Shown piece after piece: positions 1-10,706 of a stretch of 64,000 nt of DNA. The stretch spans positions 1,798,001 through 1,862,000 of the forward strand of contig OZ374559.1 in assembly GCA_977862235.1 (NCBI GenBank), written 5' to 3'. This DNA is from Dudresnaya verticillata. Its lineage: Eukaryota. The notes under the pieces were generated by a model. It was given only the letters and a program-made list of their open reading frames with translations. It ran no database searches and was not told where the DNA came from. The position numbers were made by a program, and so were the translations under genes. How positions within the stretch are numbered: the stretch's first letter is position 1; each line of letters begins with the position of its first letter.

Positions 1-1
1 C

Positions 2-448
2 TGGAATGGGTGTCTCGAATTCCCGTCGGGAATATCTCGGAAGTAATGGCTTGGGGCGGTCGGAGTCTACCGTTTCTCTTTGTTGAGATCGAATATGTCT
101 ACTCTCACATCGAGTAGCCGAGGCTGCAACCATGTTACCCGTTGCGCGAGCGAAAAGAGCCGAGAGCATTCCTGAGAGTATTCTGACAGACCTGCTGAGC
201 AGGTTCGGTAGACGGGCAGTGGGAGTACGTATGGTTGCATTTCTATGTTCCATCTGTGTGACTAGTAGATCGGACTTGTTGAAAACTAAGTCTTTCGCTG
301 AGCTGAATAGTGAAGAAGAAGAAGAGGAATGGTACGAGAAACGGATGGGGGCGTGCGCGAGGGTGGCTGTAGGGCGCAGGTGGCTTCCTGGTGTACAAAT
401 CGTTCCCTTCGAGGGAAAAGTCCCCATTACCCCCGGAACGAGACGCAT
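2..448 (-). CDS. Possible 5' part of an unknown gene running off the left edge (MRLVPGVMGTFPSKG...), S/T/R-rich, transit-peptide-like
   Basis: ATG at 448 on the minus strand; 149 codons with no stop before the window edge (read manually; absent from the ORF track because it has no stop). No recognisable domain. Confidence 0.35.
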   Translation of the reverse strand, partial: MRLVPGVMGTFPSKGTICTPGSHLRPTATLAHAPIRFSYHSSSSSSLFSSAKDLVFNKSDLLVTQMEHRNATIRTPTARLPNLLSRSVRILSGMLSALFARATGNMVAASATRCESRHIRSQQRETVDSDRPKPLLPRYSRREFETPIP

Positions 449-803
449 ACTGTACGATAGCCTAATACATGCCGAAAACTCGTGCTCCTCTCGAGCCAAT
501 TTCGGCGACGGTACGACCACAGCACCGACCGACGCTGTATTTTCCCCGAGCTTGCGTTTTCTGCTCCTTTGGGAACCCCAGGCTTGTTTTCCTCGCTGTT
601 TGTCTCTACTTCTTCCCCTCCTTCTAGCGCGACTGTGCTAAGCTCTGCAACTGCGGCTCTGCCGTATTTGCGCCGGCAGCTCGCGGGGGGTTTCCTTCGC
701 CTTTCGTGGTGTTTCCCTCTCTCGTTTTCCCCTTGACCCTGTTTGCTTCCACTCGTTGTTCTTGCCACTGTCGTTTACCCCCTGCCGTGTCATCTTGTTC
801 GTC

Positions 804-1970
804 ATGCCTTCAGCCAATCATACTCGTCGTTCGCTCCAAAATGTCCAACAAGAAGCTTTCGTCTCTCTCACGCATGCCACCGTCGATTTTATTGCACTAT
901 CCGCCTCTTTATTGGATCCCGTGGTTGATCTCGGAAATGAAAATGCCTTAGACACCTTCCTTCTCCAGATCTCTGAACTACCGCGCGTTAAGGCTCTTAT
1001 CTCGACATTTCAACACAATCTGCACTTTAAATCTCTTCTTCGTGTCTTTCTAAACCTCTCTGGACCTGTCCCTGCTTCTACTGCTGGTCCGGCTGTGTCA
1101 AGTGCAGTCCCTCCGTCCACCCCTTTTGAAGCCTGTGTGCCGCGTTATGCACCGGTTCCTGACTCTGAACCCGGAAGTTCTGCTTCAAACTCGTATCTTA
1201 ATGCTGTTCGGGCGACTCAGAAGCCTACGCCCGTAGGGCGCTTGCCCCTCCTCGGTCGGAACGGGCACGATCTACAGTGTATCCCACCTCACGCGGCTCT
1301 TACGCATAAGTTCGCTGGAAATGTTCATCGTACTAATCGTCGTCTATTCGGGGGAAATGAAAAACGTGTTGTCCGCGTTTCGACTGCGCAAGAGACCGAT
1401 ATCATCGAACATCCAGCTGAATTCCGCCGAGCTATACATCAAGGTGGATTTCCTGGCCCCTGCTCCATCCTTCGCACTACGGAGCCTGCCGTTTTTTATG
1501 TCGTCGCTGCAGCTCGTGATCTTGAATCACTACAGCCAGCATATAAGGCATTCACGGATCTGGCGAAACATGCTGACAACTCTATAGTACCGACATTGGA
1601 ATTCTCGGCAATCACCGACCTTCACACTTCCTTAAATACTGTCGATGCAGTTAACTCTGTTTTCCTTCCGTTGCAAAATGAGATTACGCGCCTGGAGACC
1701 TCGGCTAGTAAGTGGGGCTCCGCACCGTATTTTTCTGCTCCTCTCCGCTCCACTCATGCTTTGCTTCAAGAACGTCTTTCTCAGTGGGGTCATGATACCC
1801 ATCCGTTGCCTCAACCTCCTGCAGACTACCCGAATATTGGTGCGAAGCGCCGCAGGTATATCGGCGCCTATCTTCTCCTGATGCCGACGGTTTCGTCCGT
1901 GTTCTCCCTCGAAATGCTTCTCATGAATCCGCGCCTTCCCCGGATGCGTTACCCGCATAAACTGATCTAG
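804..1970 (+). CDS. Retrotransposon ORF1 (unknown function)
   Basis: Long ORF inside the element, upstream of the RT ORF, with the same C/T-rich strand bias; first ATG at 804. Confidence 0.55.
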   Translation: MPSANHTRRSLQNVQQEAFVSLTHATVDFIALSASLLDPVVDLGNENALDTFLLQISELPRVKALISTFQHNLHFKSLLRVFLNLSGPVPASTAGPAVSSAVPPSTPFEACVPRYAPVPDSEPGSSASNSYLNAVRATQKPTPVGRLPLLGRNGHDLQCIPPHAALTHKFAGNVHRTNRRLFGGNEKRVVRVSTAQETDIIEHPAEFRRAIHQGGFPGPCSILRTTEPAVFYVVAAARDLESLQPAYKAFTDLAKHADNSIVPTLEFSAITDLHTSLNTVDAVNSVFLPLQNEITRLETSASKWGSAPYFSAPLRSTHALLQERLSQWGHDTHPLPQPPADYPNIGAKRRRYIGAYLLLMPTVSSVFSLEMLLMNPRLPRMRYPHKLI

Positions 1971-2010
1971 GACAACAATCGACAGACGTCGCAATGATTC
2001 CCAACGCATA

Positions 2011-5000
2011 ATGTCAAATGCACCACTTCCGTTCGACCCTTGTCCTCGACCACAACTCCTCTTCCCTTTACCGATCACCACAATTAAGTTTCTGCCAAAT
2101 ACGCTTCGGGCAGACTGGGACAACCTCCTATTTCATTTTTTCTCGTCTTTTGTATCTGCTCATACGCCAAGCGCTCTTGAGGAAAGCCTTTCTCGCATTT
2201 TGGCGGTAGGAAAGCTTGTTGTTCGTAAGAACGGGGCGGGCGAACCACGAAATTCGCATCGTCGCACGCTCACTCGAATGTTGCGTGCACGCATTCGTCT
2301 AGCTCTTCTAGGTCGGTGGTATGATCTATGGGAATCTGCCACTTCTGCTTTCCCATCTCTTCCCACAGCCTCACTTCAGATTCCTTCGGATCCGTCCCGG
2401 CGCTGCCGTCAACTATGCTCTGATGGAGCTCTTAGCAAAGCAGCCGCTGCACTCTGCTCTACAACACCTCCGGTACTCATAAATTCTTCTACCCTCCCTG
2501 CCATGGAGGCGCTTCATCCAGCCCCTGTTGAAGCGGTTCTTCCACAATGCTATTCTTCCCTACCTCCTGCATACGACTTCCCTGAGTCTGATATTCGCCG
2601 GGCCTTGCGGTTTCTCCCGTATCATTCCTCCCCAGGCCCAGATGGCCTTCGTCCCAGTCTTCTAAGACTTCTTGCTCACCCACCTGGCGGTACGGAGCCA
2701 AGTCGCTCTGCCTTAACTGCTCTCACTGCCTTTGTGAACAAATGCGCTGCTGGCCGTCTCCCATCTTCGTTCAGCCCCTGGTTTGCTAGCGCCCTCCTGA
2801 TTGGTATTCCAAAGTCAAAACCTGGATCCCTACGTCCCGTAGCTATGGGTTGCATTATTCGGCGTTTTGTATGCCGTCTTCTTGCTCAACGTGCATCCAA
2901 GGATCCTGCTGTGATATCGTATCTACGTCCTTTTCAACTCGCTGTTGGTACCCCAAATGGAGCCGAGGCCATCATTCATTCCCTACGAGCCTTTATTGCA
3001 TGTGTTGGTACCCCAAATGGAGCCGAGGCCATCATTCATTCCCTACGAGCCTTTATTGCATCTCATCGTACTGAATCCCTCGTTTTGCTTCGCATCGATG
3101 CTAATAATGCCTTTAATAGCATTGAGCGAGCTCATTTCTTACGGGAAGTTATTTCCCATGTTCCAGGAATTTCTAAGATGGTTCATTACCTCTATACTGC
3201 ATCACCTGGACTTCTGTTCGGAGAGTTCACCCTGTTCAGCCATACAGTACCCAGCAGGGTGACCCGTTGAGCATGCTTCTTTTTTGTATTGCTCTACAAC
3301 CGCTTCTTTGTGCTGTTGCCTCCAGCTTTAGCAGCATTAAGCTTAATACGGCTTATGCCGACGATTTGTATATCGTGCTTCCCATTTCGTCTGCTGCAGA
3401 AGTCCTACATTTTCTCTCCGATCGAGGTTCTTCTTATGGTTTTCATGTGCAGCTTGGTTCCCATAAGTCTGACGCGTGGTGGCCTCTTCTGCCTCGCCTA
3501 CGCTCTTCCCCTCTTCGTAATTTACCATGCGATGTTAACCGAAATGCTGCCATTGAGGTTCTAGGTTCCCCTATTGGGGCTGACAATGCCTGTAAGGCTA
3601 TCTTGACGAAGAAACTACAGTCCGTGGCTCTACTCTGGGATCGTTTACTTTCTCTCGGTGACCCTCAACTTGTCTTTCACCTTCTACGCTTCTGCGCTGG
3701 TGTATCAAAACTATCCTACCTGCTTCGAACTACCCCTCCGCACTTAACCTCTTCCATTGCCGTGTCCCACGACCTTGGAATGCGACGGGTGTTTGAAGCA
3801 ACTCATTGTCTCTTAACCGATTCGATTTGGAAGCTCAGTTCTCTACCGCTGCGATCTGGTGGCCTAGGACTGACTAGAGCTTCTGCTGTGGTGGATCTCA
3901 GCTATTTAGCGTCTCTCGGTTCAAGCATGTCTACCATCCGGACAGTTCTTGGTCCTTTTCCCTTCCCTGCTGCCAACACCCTTGGGCCTTCCCTAGGCCG
4001 TCTACGCTCTTCTGTTGGCAAACAGTTTCAAGCCCGACTTAATGATGTAACCACGTTCTTGAATTCTTTCCATGCTACTCCTCATGACTCAAGGTCTCCC
4101 GGGTCTGTGTATCATGAGCTTTTTTCTTCTATTAATGCCGTGGTTTTGGCCTCTGTGACCCCGTCATCCAACTCTAGTGATGATCTTCGCTGTCGTCTTC
4201 GTCTGCAATCTACCTGCACGGCCAGTTCTGCGCGCGCATTTGCCGCTGTACCTTCCTCCTTCCACGGTACTCGGGTCGAACCTGAAGTTTGGATATCAAT
4301 GATCCAGCTACGACTTGGACTTCCCATTTTCAGTGGAGATGACCCATGCCCCCGTTGTGTTGATGGTACCGCTTCTGTTCCCCCTCTTCTTGATGTTTAT
4401 GGGCATCATGCTACGGTCTGCTCTTCTCGTGAGGGCACGATTCGCCGTCATGATCATCTTCGGGATCGCTTAAGCGTCTTATTTCAGACTATCGCCCGCC
4501 CCCATGGCGTGCGCGTTGAAGTTGAGCATCGTTTCACTTATTCGGATGAGCATGGGCCCCGTAGCTCTGTCCCCAACGCTGCCCGAACACGTGCTGAACG
4601 CATACGTGACGAGCGTCATGCTGCTTCTGGTGGTCCCCCACAGCCTGTTGATCCACGTGACCAACTGCGTACTGCGTATGGATATTTTCGTTGATGATCG
4701 TGGCTTTGCCCCTCACCCCCATGGATTTGATGTCTCGATCGTCAGTCCCCATTCTATTCATGGTTCCACTGGTCGCGTTGCTGGCCAAGCCATTGCAGCT
4801 CGCGAACGTGTCAAACGCTCTCATTACCGCCGCGTATGCGCTAGTTTGGATATGGTTCTCCATCCTATGGTTGTAGATGTCTATGGCCGTGTTGGATCTG
4901 GCTTTGAAGTTGGCGCCCAACGTATTGCTAATTTCATTGCCAGCAAGCGCGGGACCTCTCCGTCTACGGAGAAACTTCGCCTCACTACTCGTTTACTCTC

Positions 5001-5082
5001 TTTAGTTCTCCAATGCGTCGCGGTGAGTGTCAACCGCCGCAAGCTTGCTCCTCCGCCTCTTTATGGTAGCTCTGAATCCTAA
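2011..5082 (+). pseudogene. Retrotransposon ORF2: reverse transcriptase - CCHC zinc knuckle - restriction-like endonuclease, split by two frameshifts
   Basis: Motifs SPGPDGL, LRPVAMG, DANNAFNSI, QQGDPLS, YADD, CPRC..D.YGHHATVC..RRHD, RMD...FDVS...E..K..Y. Spread over ORFs 2011-3270, 3267-4694 and the 3' part of 4504-5082. Confidence 0.9.
2943..3061 (+). repeat. 60-bp-period tandem duplication within RT (in frame, VGTPNGAEAIIHSLRAFIA x2)
   Basis: 2943-3001 is identical to 3003-3061. Confidence 0.95.
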
Positions 5083-7109
5083 GCCCTCTTAAGGGGCTTC
5101 TCTCTTGTTCTTTAATAAAGGTCTCTCTCTCTCTCTCTCTGTACGATGATGATCTGGAGGACACGAATGATTTAAATCATGATCTACCGAAAAATAGAGG
5201 TTTTATTGTCAAGTACCATGGAAGCACGCGGTTGAGCAGGGCATTGAGACCTTTGCAATCTGATATGAAATTAAGAGAACCGGGAGGTTTTCCTTGTGGA
5301 AAACGGGGCTCTACGAAGCCCTGGAAAGAAGAGGACCAGACTGCAAGGCTGTACGCCAGCGATTAGATTTGTTGCTGTTTCGTGCGCTTTTCTGCATAGA
5401 CTGCCAGCAGGGCGTCATTCTAATGACCATTAGGGCTTTCCAAATTCATGCAAGAGTATCAGGGGGAAGCTAATAGTGAACCGGTGGGTACTTTTTCTTC
5501 AGTCCCAACGTCCCTAAGATTGGAAATGATGTTCAACCTCACCCATATCCCCAAAAGCTTAACATAGAAATGTGCCTTTGCCTCGCTCAGCGTGAGACAG
5601 CCCCCACGTCGCGTTTCCGAAAAATAATATTACCCTCCCGCCCCGCCCCCGCCATGCAATCCGAGTCTGCGATTACCGAAGTTAAAAGCGAATACAAAAT
5701 ATCTTTTCCAGGAAGCAGAGGGTTCACAGAGACGGGGGAGTTCTAGGTCTAAGAAGGCTGGCTTTGCGTTGGAAAAGCTGGGCAGTGCAAGCCTTGGGGT
5801 AAAACCTTTTTAGGAACACTGACCCTTCCCAAAAGGCAAGGTGTTTTCTGAAAATATACCGAGATACCTATGTTGGAGAAGACGAATAGAGAGTACTGCG
5901 ACAATGTAATTCCAGCTCAAGCCATCGACAAATGCATAACCGGGCCTTCTAATGAGAACTCATCAACTTCTCTTGCAATCGTTCTCACCACCAGCATCTC
6001 GGACATTTCTAATTCCCCCGGAAACACATCTGGCTTTCCTTTCTATCGCGCTTGAAAGAAGGAAGAACTGCACCTTGCGTCTAGACGCTCCATATTTCAT
6101 GAGCCGTTGCTCACGAATCACGACCCGCCAGCTTCCAACTCTCCCGGGGCGCAAGCCGTTTATAATCTTGGGCATCCCATTTAAACAAAGTTTGTTCACG
6201 AATTTTGCACCTGTTGGGGTCGCAAAATATTACGGTAAATCTAATGTAGATTGTGCTTGCGAGGCACGGAGGGAGCAATGTATACATAGCTTGGATGGGC
6301 ATGAATGGCAGGGGTCGCAACCCCAAATTTTCGTGATTCCGCAGCTCCGCGATTATGGCGTTCTGGGAAAAGATACTGTACGTTGCGTAAGCAGCCGCAC
6401 AAATAAAGGTGTCGCACTTGTGGCACAAATTCTTGCTTTTGTGGGTTGAGGTAGAGCGGTGGGGACAACGCAGAAAACATTGATTGCTGGGAATGCCAAC
6501 TGAGTGTTAGTGTTAGAACCGCGGCCACAGCGGTTTGACAGAAACTTTGGAGGGCTCCAGAGCTGGAGAGCTGAAGCCAGCTCCAGCTCCAAGGAGCCTC
6601 GCCATGGCCGGTCAGTTCTGTACGGCGTACAGCCGAAAAGCCGTACAAATCGGGACATGAGCGAAAATAAAATTGGGGTACAGCATATGCGTCGCTGCCC
6701 GCTTGCAGTTGGGCGCTTCTCAGAACTGTAAGCTGCAAATAATATAATAATTGTAATAAATAAACAATAATTGCCGAAAGCATTTCTCGTCGGTCAAAGT
6801 ATTTACCCGGAGAGCTGAAAAGCTTCGGTGTCGACGATCGTGTTCGCACTTGCGGGAAAGGGATACCTGTGTTGTCGACGAATCCTTCAGAGGACGCCCG
6901 CAACACCCTCAAGAGAAGGCCTTATCCTGCTCGGCAGCAATCGCAATTTCGGGGGCGAGCGGATTAGAGTCGTGTGCCTTCACTCTTCTCGTAGCCAGAT
7001 CGTGACACGCAACCGACCAGATCGCCTCAATCTTCTCTCTCACCAGCGGAATTCCTTCTTACCCCTGGCACCCTCGCCACCGCACCCAACCAGCGAACGC
7101 AACCGAACA

Positions 7110-9566
7110 ATGGAAAACGAGGACTTCAACCCCCACAACCATGGTGACCCACGCCAGCGAGGCCGGGGACGCAGACAAGCCGGGTGGAGGCGCGGCAGCG
7201 GCCACCAGTATACCGGGCCCTCGCGCTCACCTTCCTACCAAGTAGCTGCTGCAGGCAGAACTATGGGAGTTTCAAACAACCAGGAGCATTCCGCCTTCAA
7301 CTCGGCGATTCATATGCAGCAGAACCTGCCTGGCTATCAGAACGCTGGTCCGCACTTCCAGCCCAATGGTTCGAGCTACGCGGAAGTCCCATCTCAATTC
7401 CACCCTGGGGCGGGGCCGTACATGCAAGCTGGTTACCAGCAGGAGCAGTATCGGCAAAATTATATTCAAGGCAATGGCGCGTTTCAACAGCTTTCCGGAT
7501 CTGCTCAGCAACCATCGATGGGCTATCCATCTGACTATGCTCCAGTAGCTGGACATAGTGGACTGGGGTGTCAGCCTTCCGCTCAGCCCTTTGGCATTTC
7601 CCATCCGACGCAGCAATGGGCGGCCCAGCACAACCCCCTAGCGCTAGCGCAGACCTACCGGGCTCCCTCAAACATCGGGTTGAACAGTTCAACACCAGCG
7701 GTTCCACATGGAACAGCTGGAGGTTCTATGTACAATCAGATTTCTCCAGCGGTCTCAGCACCGACCCAGAGTGGTACCATGTATAATGGCGCTGGGCCTG
7801 GCAATGTTGCTGGACACATGCGCCATGGCCACGAACCGCAGATACGGCACCGGTCTGGAGGCGAGGAATGGGGGAGAGGAAGGTACGAGCAGCAGAGGAA
7901 TGGAGGCGGTCCCAAAGTTCGTTCATCGCTGTCCGCTCCGGGTAGAAGCTCCATCAGGAAACAGGGTGAGGGTGCCGAGGGAAACATGGAAGCAGATCAT
8001 ACGAAGACCCATGGTGGTGGTCAAGATGGTAATGCAGGAGATGGAGAAAACAGCGAACCGGTCGTTGATCAAGACTACATATCTATTCTGAACCAACTTG
8101 AACAGAAGGGGAAAGTATGCACAGACATCAAGTACGAGTTCCGCAAGGGCCCGAATGTCCGCGGAAGACCCTCAAATTGGATTTGCGCGTTTTCTGCAAA
8201 GATAACTGGTACGGGTACTGGTTCCAGTGATGGTGTCTCTTCATTACTGGCCGAGGGAGAGGGAAGAAAGAGGAGTGAGGCCAAACAGCGGGCAGCGCGT
8301 GCAGGATATCAACAGCTCAGAGAGAGGTTACAGGAAGATCTCGGAGAAGATACACTTAAGACTGAAAACAGTCTGAAAAGGCTGACCCTGGAAGGAAAGG
8401 AAACTCCAGAGTCCAAGGGGAAGGATGTGTTCAACGCTTGGTCTGTGCTCGTCCAAATGTTTCAGAAAGGTATGCTCTCCCATATGCCGGATCTGTTTCT
8501 AAGTGTGGGTAAGACTGGTAGACAGCATCAGTGCACTATCGTTGTGCACCAGGCCGAAGTCGGTAGGATTGTAATGAGCGAGCGAGCGGAGACCAGGAAA
8601 TCTGCTAAGCTGCTTTCTGCGAGCCGGGTTCTTGAACAGCTGAACAAGAGCAACGTCAAGGGAATTCAAGATTACCTCTCAGAGCTGTTGGCTTCCAAGG
8701 AAAAGCAGGAAAGGGAGAGAAACGAGGAAATTACTGAAGCAGCCAGACAGGCTGTTAGCTTGACAGACGATGAAGCAAGCGAGGGTGCGAAGGATGATTT
8801 CATGGCTGTTGATACGTCTCTCAAACTTCCGGACGGGTTCACCATTGTTATCGCCACCACCACGAGCGAATGCAACGAGTGGATTGTAGAACATGTCTTG
8901 CCTGGATCTGATATTGGCGTTTTTCTTGACTCTTGGACTGCTCGCACGGGGTTCCGTGGCTTTGATGCCAGTTTTGCGACTCCGGAGCGGCACGATCCTA
9001 ATGTGCTCCCTAACCCTGTTCTTTGTTTGTCCTCAAAGAATAGCGGGTTGGTCTTGCGAGCTGAAAACTGCTCTTCCGGGAAGCCGTACGTTGTTGACGG
9101 GTTTTGGATTCCCAAATCCGTAGAGGACGTACTGCAACACAAGAAGATTGGAAAGTACGGCTGTTTTGTTGATGATGCGTCAATGCGGCTTTACAAGCTG
9201 TGTGGTTTCCGTGTGAACTCCGTGTATGATGTTTCCATGTATGCGTACGGAATTACGGGAGCTCGAAGCCCGGAACACAATAGAATCTTCTGGTCCCTCG
9301 CCGAGCTATCGAAACATTGGTTGGGGAAGGAGCTCATGCCAGTTTCAGAACCAAGCGTGTGGACCAACACTACCGTCCTGCCCAACGGAAAGAACCTCTC
9401 ACTAGCGCAACGCGATGTTGTTCCTCCTGCTGTGCTCTCTGCGTACGTATGCATTTGCCTCGGGCAAGAGATTAACGGCTTTGCTGATAAGAGAATAGAA
9501 GAGCTTTGTACATCGGCGCCGGAGTTCTGCGAGCTCGCGGAGAGATTGATGCAGACGCCCAGTTAG
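7110..9566 (+). CDS. RNA-binding protein: Q/G/P/Y-rich low-complexity N-terminus, two dsRNA-binding domains, C-terminal WRN/EXD-like 3'-5' exonuclease fold with degenerate active site
   Basis: dsRBD1 DYISILNQLEQK...AEGEGRKRSEAKQRAARAGYQQL; dsRBD2 NAWSVLVQMFQK...AETRKSAKLLSASRVLEQL. Exonuclease-like IPKSVEDVLQHKKIGKYG...SLAELSKHWLG...SVW...LSLAQ. First ATG at 7110. Confidence 0.75.
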   Translation: MENEDFNPHNHGDPRQRGRGRRQAGWRRGSGHQYTGPSRSPSYQVAAAGRTMGVSNNQEHSAFNSAIHMQQNLPGYQNAGPHFQPNGSSYAEVPSQFHPGAGPYMQAGYQQEQYRQNYIQGNGAFQQLSGSAQQPSMGYPSDYAPVAGHSGLGCQPSAQPFGISHPTQQWAAQHNPLALAQTYRAPSNIGLNSSTPAVPHGTAGGSMYNQISPAVSAPTQSGTMYNGAGPGNVAGHMRHGHEPQIRHRSGGEEWGRGRYEQQRNGGGPKVRSSLSAPGRSSIRKQGEGAEGNMEADHTKTHGGGQDGNAGDGENSEPVVDQDYISILNQLEQKGKVCTDIKYEFRKGPNVRGRPSNWICAFSAKITGTGTGSSDGVSSLLAEGEGRKRSEAKQRAARAGYQQLRERLQEDLGEDTLKTENSLKRLTLEGKETPESKGKDVFNAWSVLVQMFQKGMLSHMPDLFLSVGKTGRQHQCTIVVHQAEVGRIVMSERAETRKSAKLLSASRVLEQLNKSNVKGIQDYLSELLASKEKQERERNEEITEAARQAVSLTDDEASEGAKDDFMAVDTSLKLPDGFTIVIATTTSECNEWIVEHVLPGSDIGVFLDSWTARTGFRGFDASFATPERHDPNVLPNPVLCLSSKNSGLVLRAENCSSGKPYVVDGFWIPKSVEDVLQHKKIGKYGCFVDDASMRLYKLCGFRVNSVYDVSMYAYGITGARSPEHNRIFWSLAELSKHWLGKELMPVSEPSVWTNTTVLPNGKNLSLAQRDVVPPAVLSAYVCICLGQEINGFADKRIEELCTSAPEFCELAERLMQTPS

Positions 9567-10706
9567 GCAGTCAAATGTTTCTCATTCTCATCGCGGTGAT
9601 ATTCTTTCAGCAATAGGCCTTGCAGGTATGTGTGTAGTCGATACAGGACTTACGAGTGTTCTCTTCCTTGATGAAAGCCTCCATGCGCTTATTATCTACG
9701 GGTGTGTTATTGGCATCATTAAAAGGCACAAGCAATGATATCAAGAATCAAGACTCTAGCGAGATATTGAGTCCCAACCCTCCTCTGTACTAAACAAAAT
9801 ACTTTTCTGCTTTCACCGGATTGGACTTGAAATGTTTTGGCATCCCATAGTTGAGGCTCCGACTTCACAGTAGATTGGAGTCCAAGTAGCAGTAAAGCGA
9901 GAAGCAGTCCCGCGGATCCGTTTCCGATCCTTATCGATATCGAACTACTAAAAATTGTTAGGTCTGGCGAGGCCTTGAGTTCTGCAATGACGTCCTGCAG
10001 AAACCCTTACGCCGTCCCATGAATCCCTTACCCTTCCCAGGTTTGTCACACTCCATAGCTTACTTGTGTTTGTTATTGTTTGTACTCTTAATCGATCGAA
10101 GTATTCCCTTGGAGGGAAGAAGCTAGCCTTTCAGAAATGTGCACTCACACTCATCGTGGTCGTGCTCTTCCAGAGTCGATAGTCTGAGCAGTGGGAGCCT
10201 CTACGTGGCCCAATCTTTTCTTCCCGATTTGTTCCAACACGCGACTAGGGCCATGATTGCTGTCAAGCTTGTTAACTTTGGACCGTCTATATGTTGTCCA
10301 ACTAGGAGAGAGATAACCTTTAATCCCCAAAACCGAGTCTTATGGTTACAACTCGGACAGAACTGTACGTATGTACATGGTACGAAATACAGTCAGACGC
10401 GGTAGTTGATAGATACGACAAAATTAACGTGTGGGTAAGTGCAGAGTGAGTTAATGAAGTCTGGCAACTATATTAAGCACAGCTCAAAATGGTTGAACGA
10501 CATACTCGCCGATGAAGAATGAAAATGGTATAACACTGGAATAATATAGAGAAGGGCAGACTTGAAATATCGAGTACTTATAACGTCCAAGGAGGGGCCT
10601 ACACAGGGAGGAAGAAGAGGAGGAAGAACGAGATCTGTGTATCCGAACCCTGGTTTTAAATCAGCCTCGCGGGTCTAACCAATACATGCACCGTGTCCTT
10701 GATTAT

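Larger units (their letters stand above)
459..5140 (+). mobile_element. Apparently full-length, defective non-LTR retrotransposon of RT+RLE type (CRE-like clade)
   Basis: RT motifs, CCHC knuckle, PD-(D/E)xK-type endonuclease motifs, AATAAA at 5114-5119 and (TC)n tail at 5122-5140. Candidate TSD CTGTACGAT at 450-458 and 5139-5147. Confidence 0.9.

Noticed and set aside
460..473. GCCTAATACATGC resembles a conserved SSU rRNA segment
   Set aside because: Only about 13 nt with no flanking rRNA similarity; chance match.
6828..7109. N-terminal extension of the dsRBD ORF
   Set aside because: Non-ATG start; likely 5' UTR. ATG 7110 preferred.
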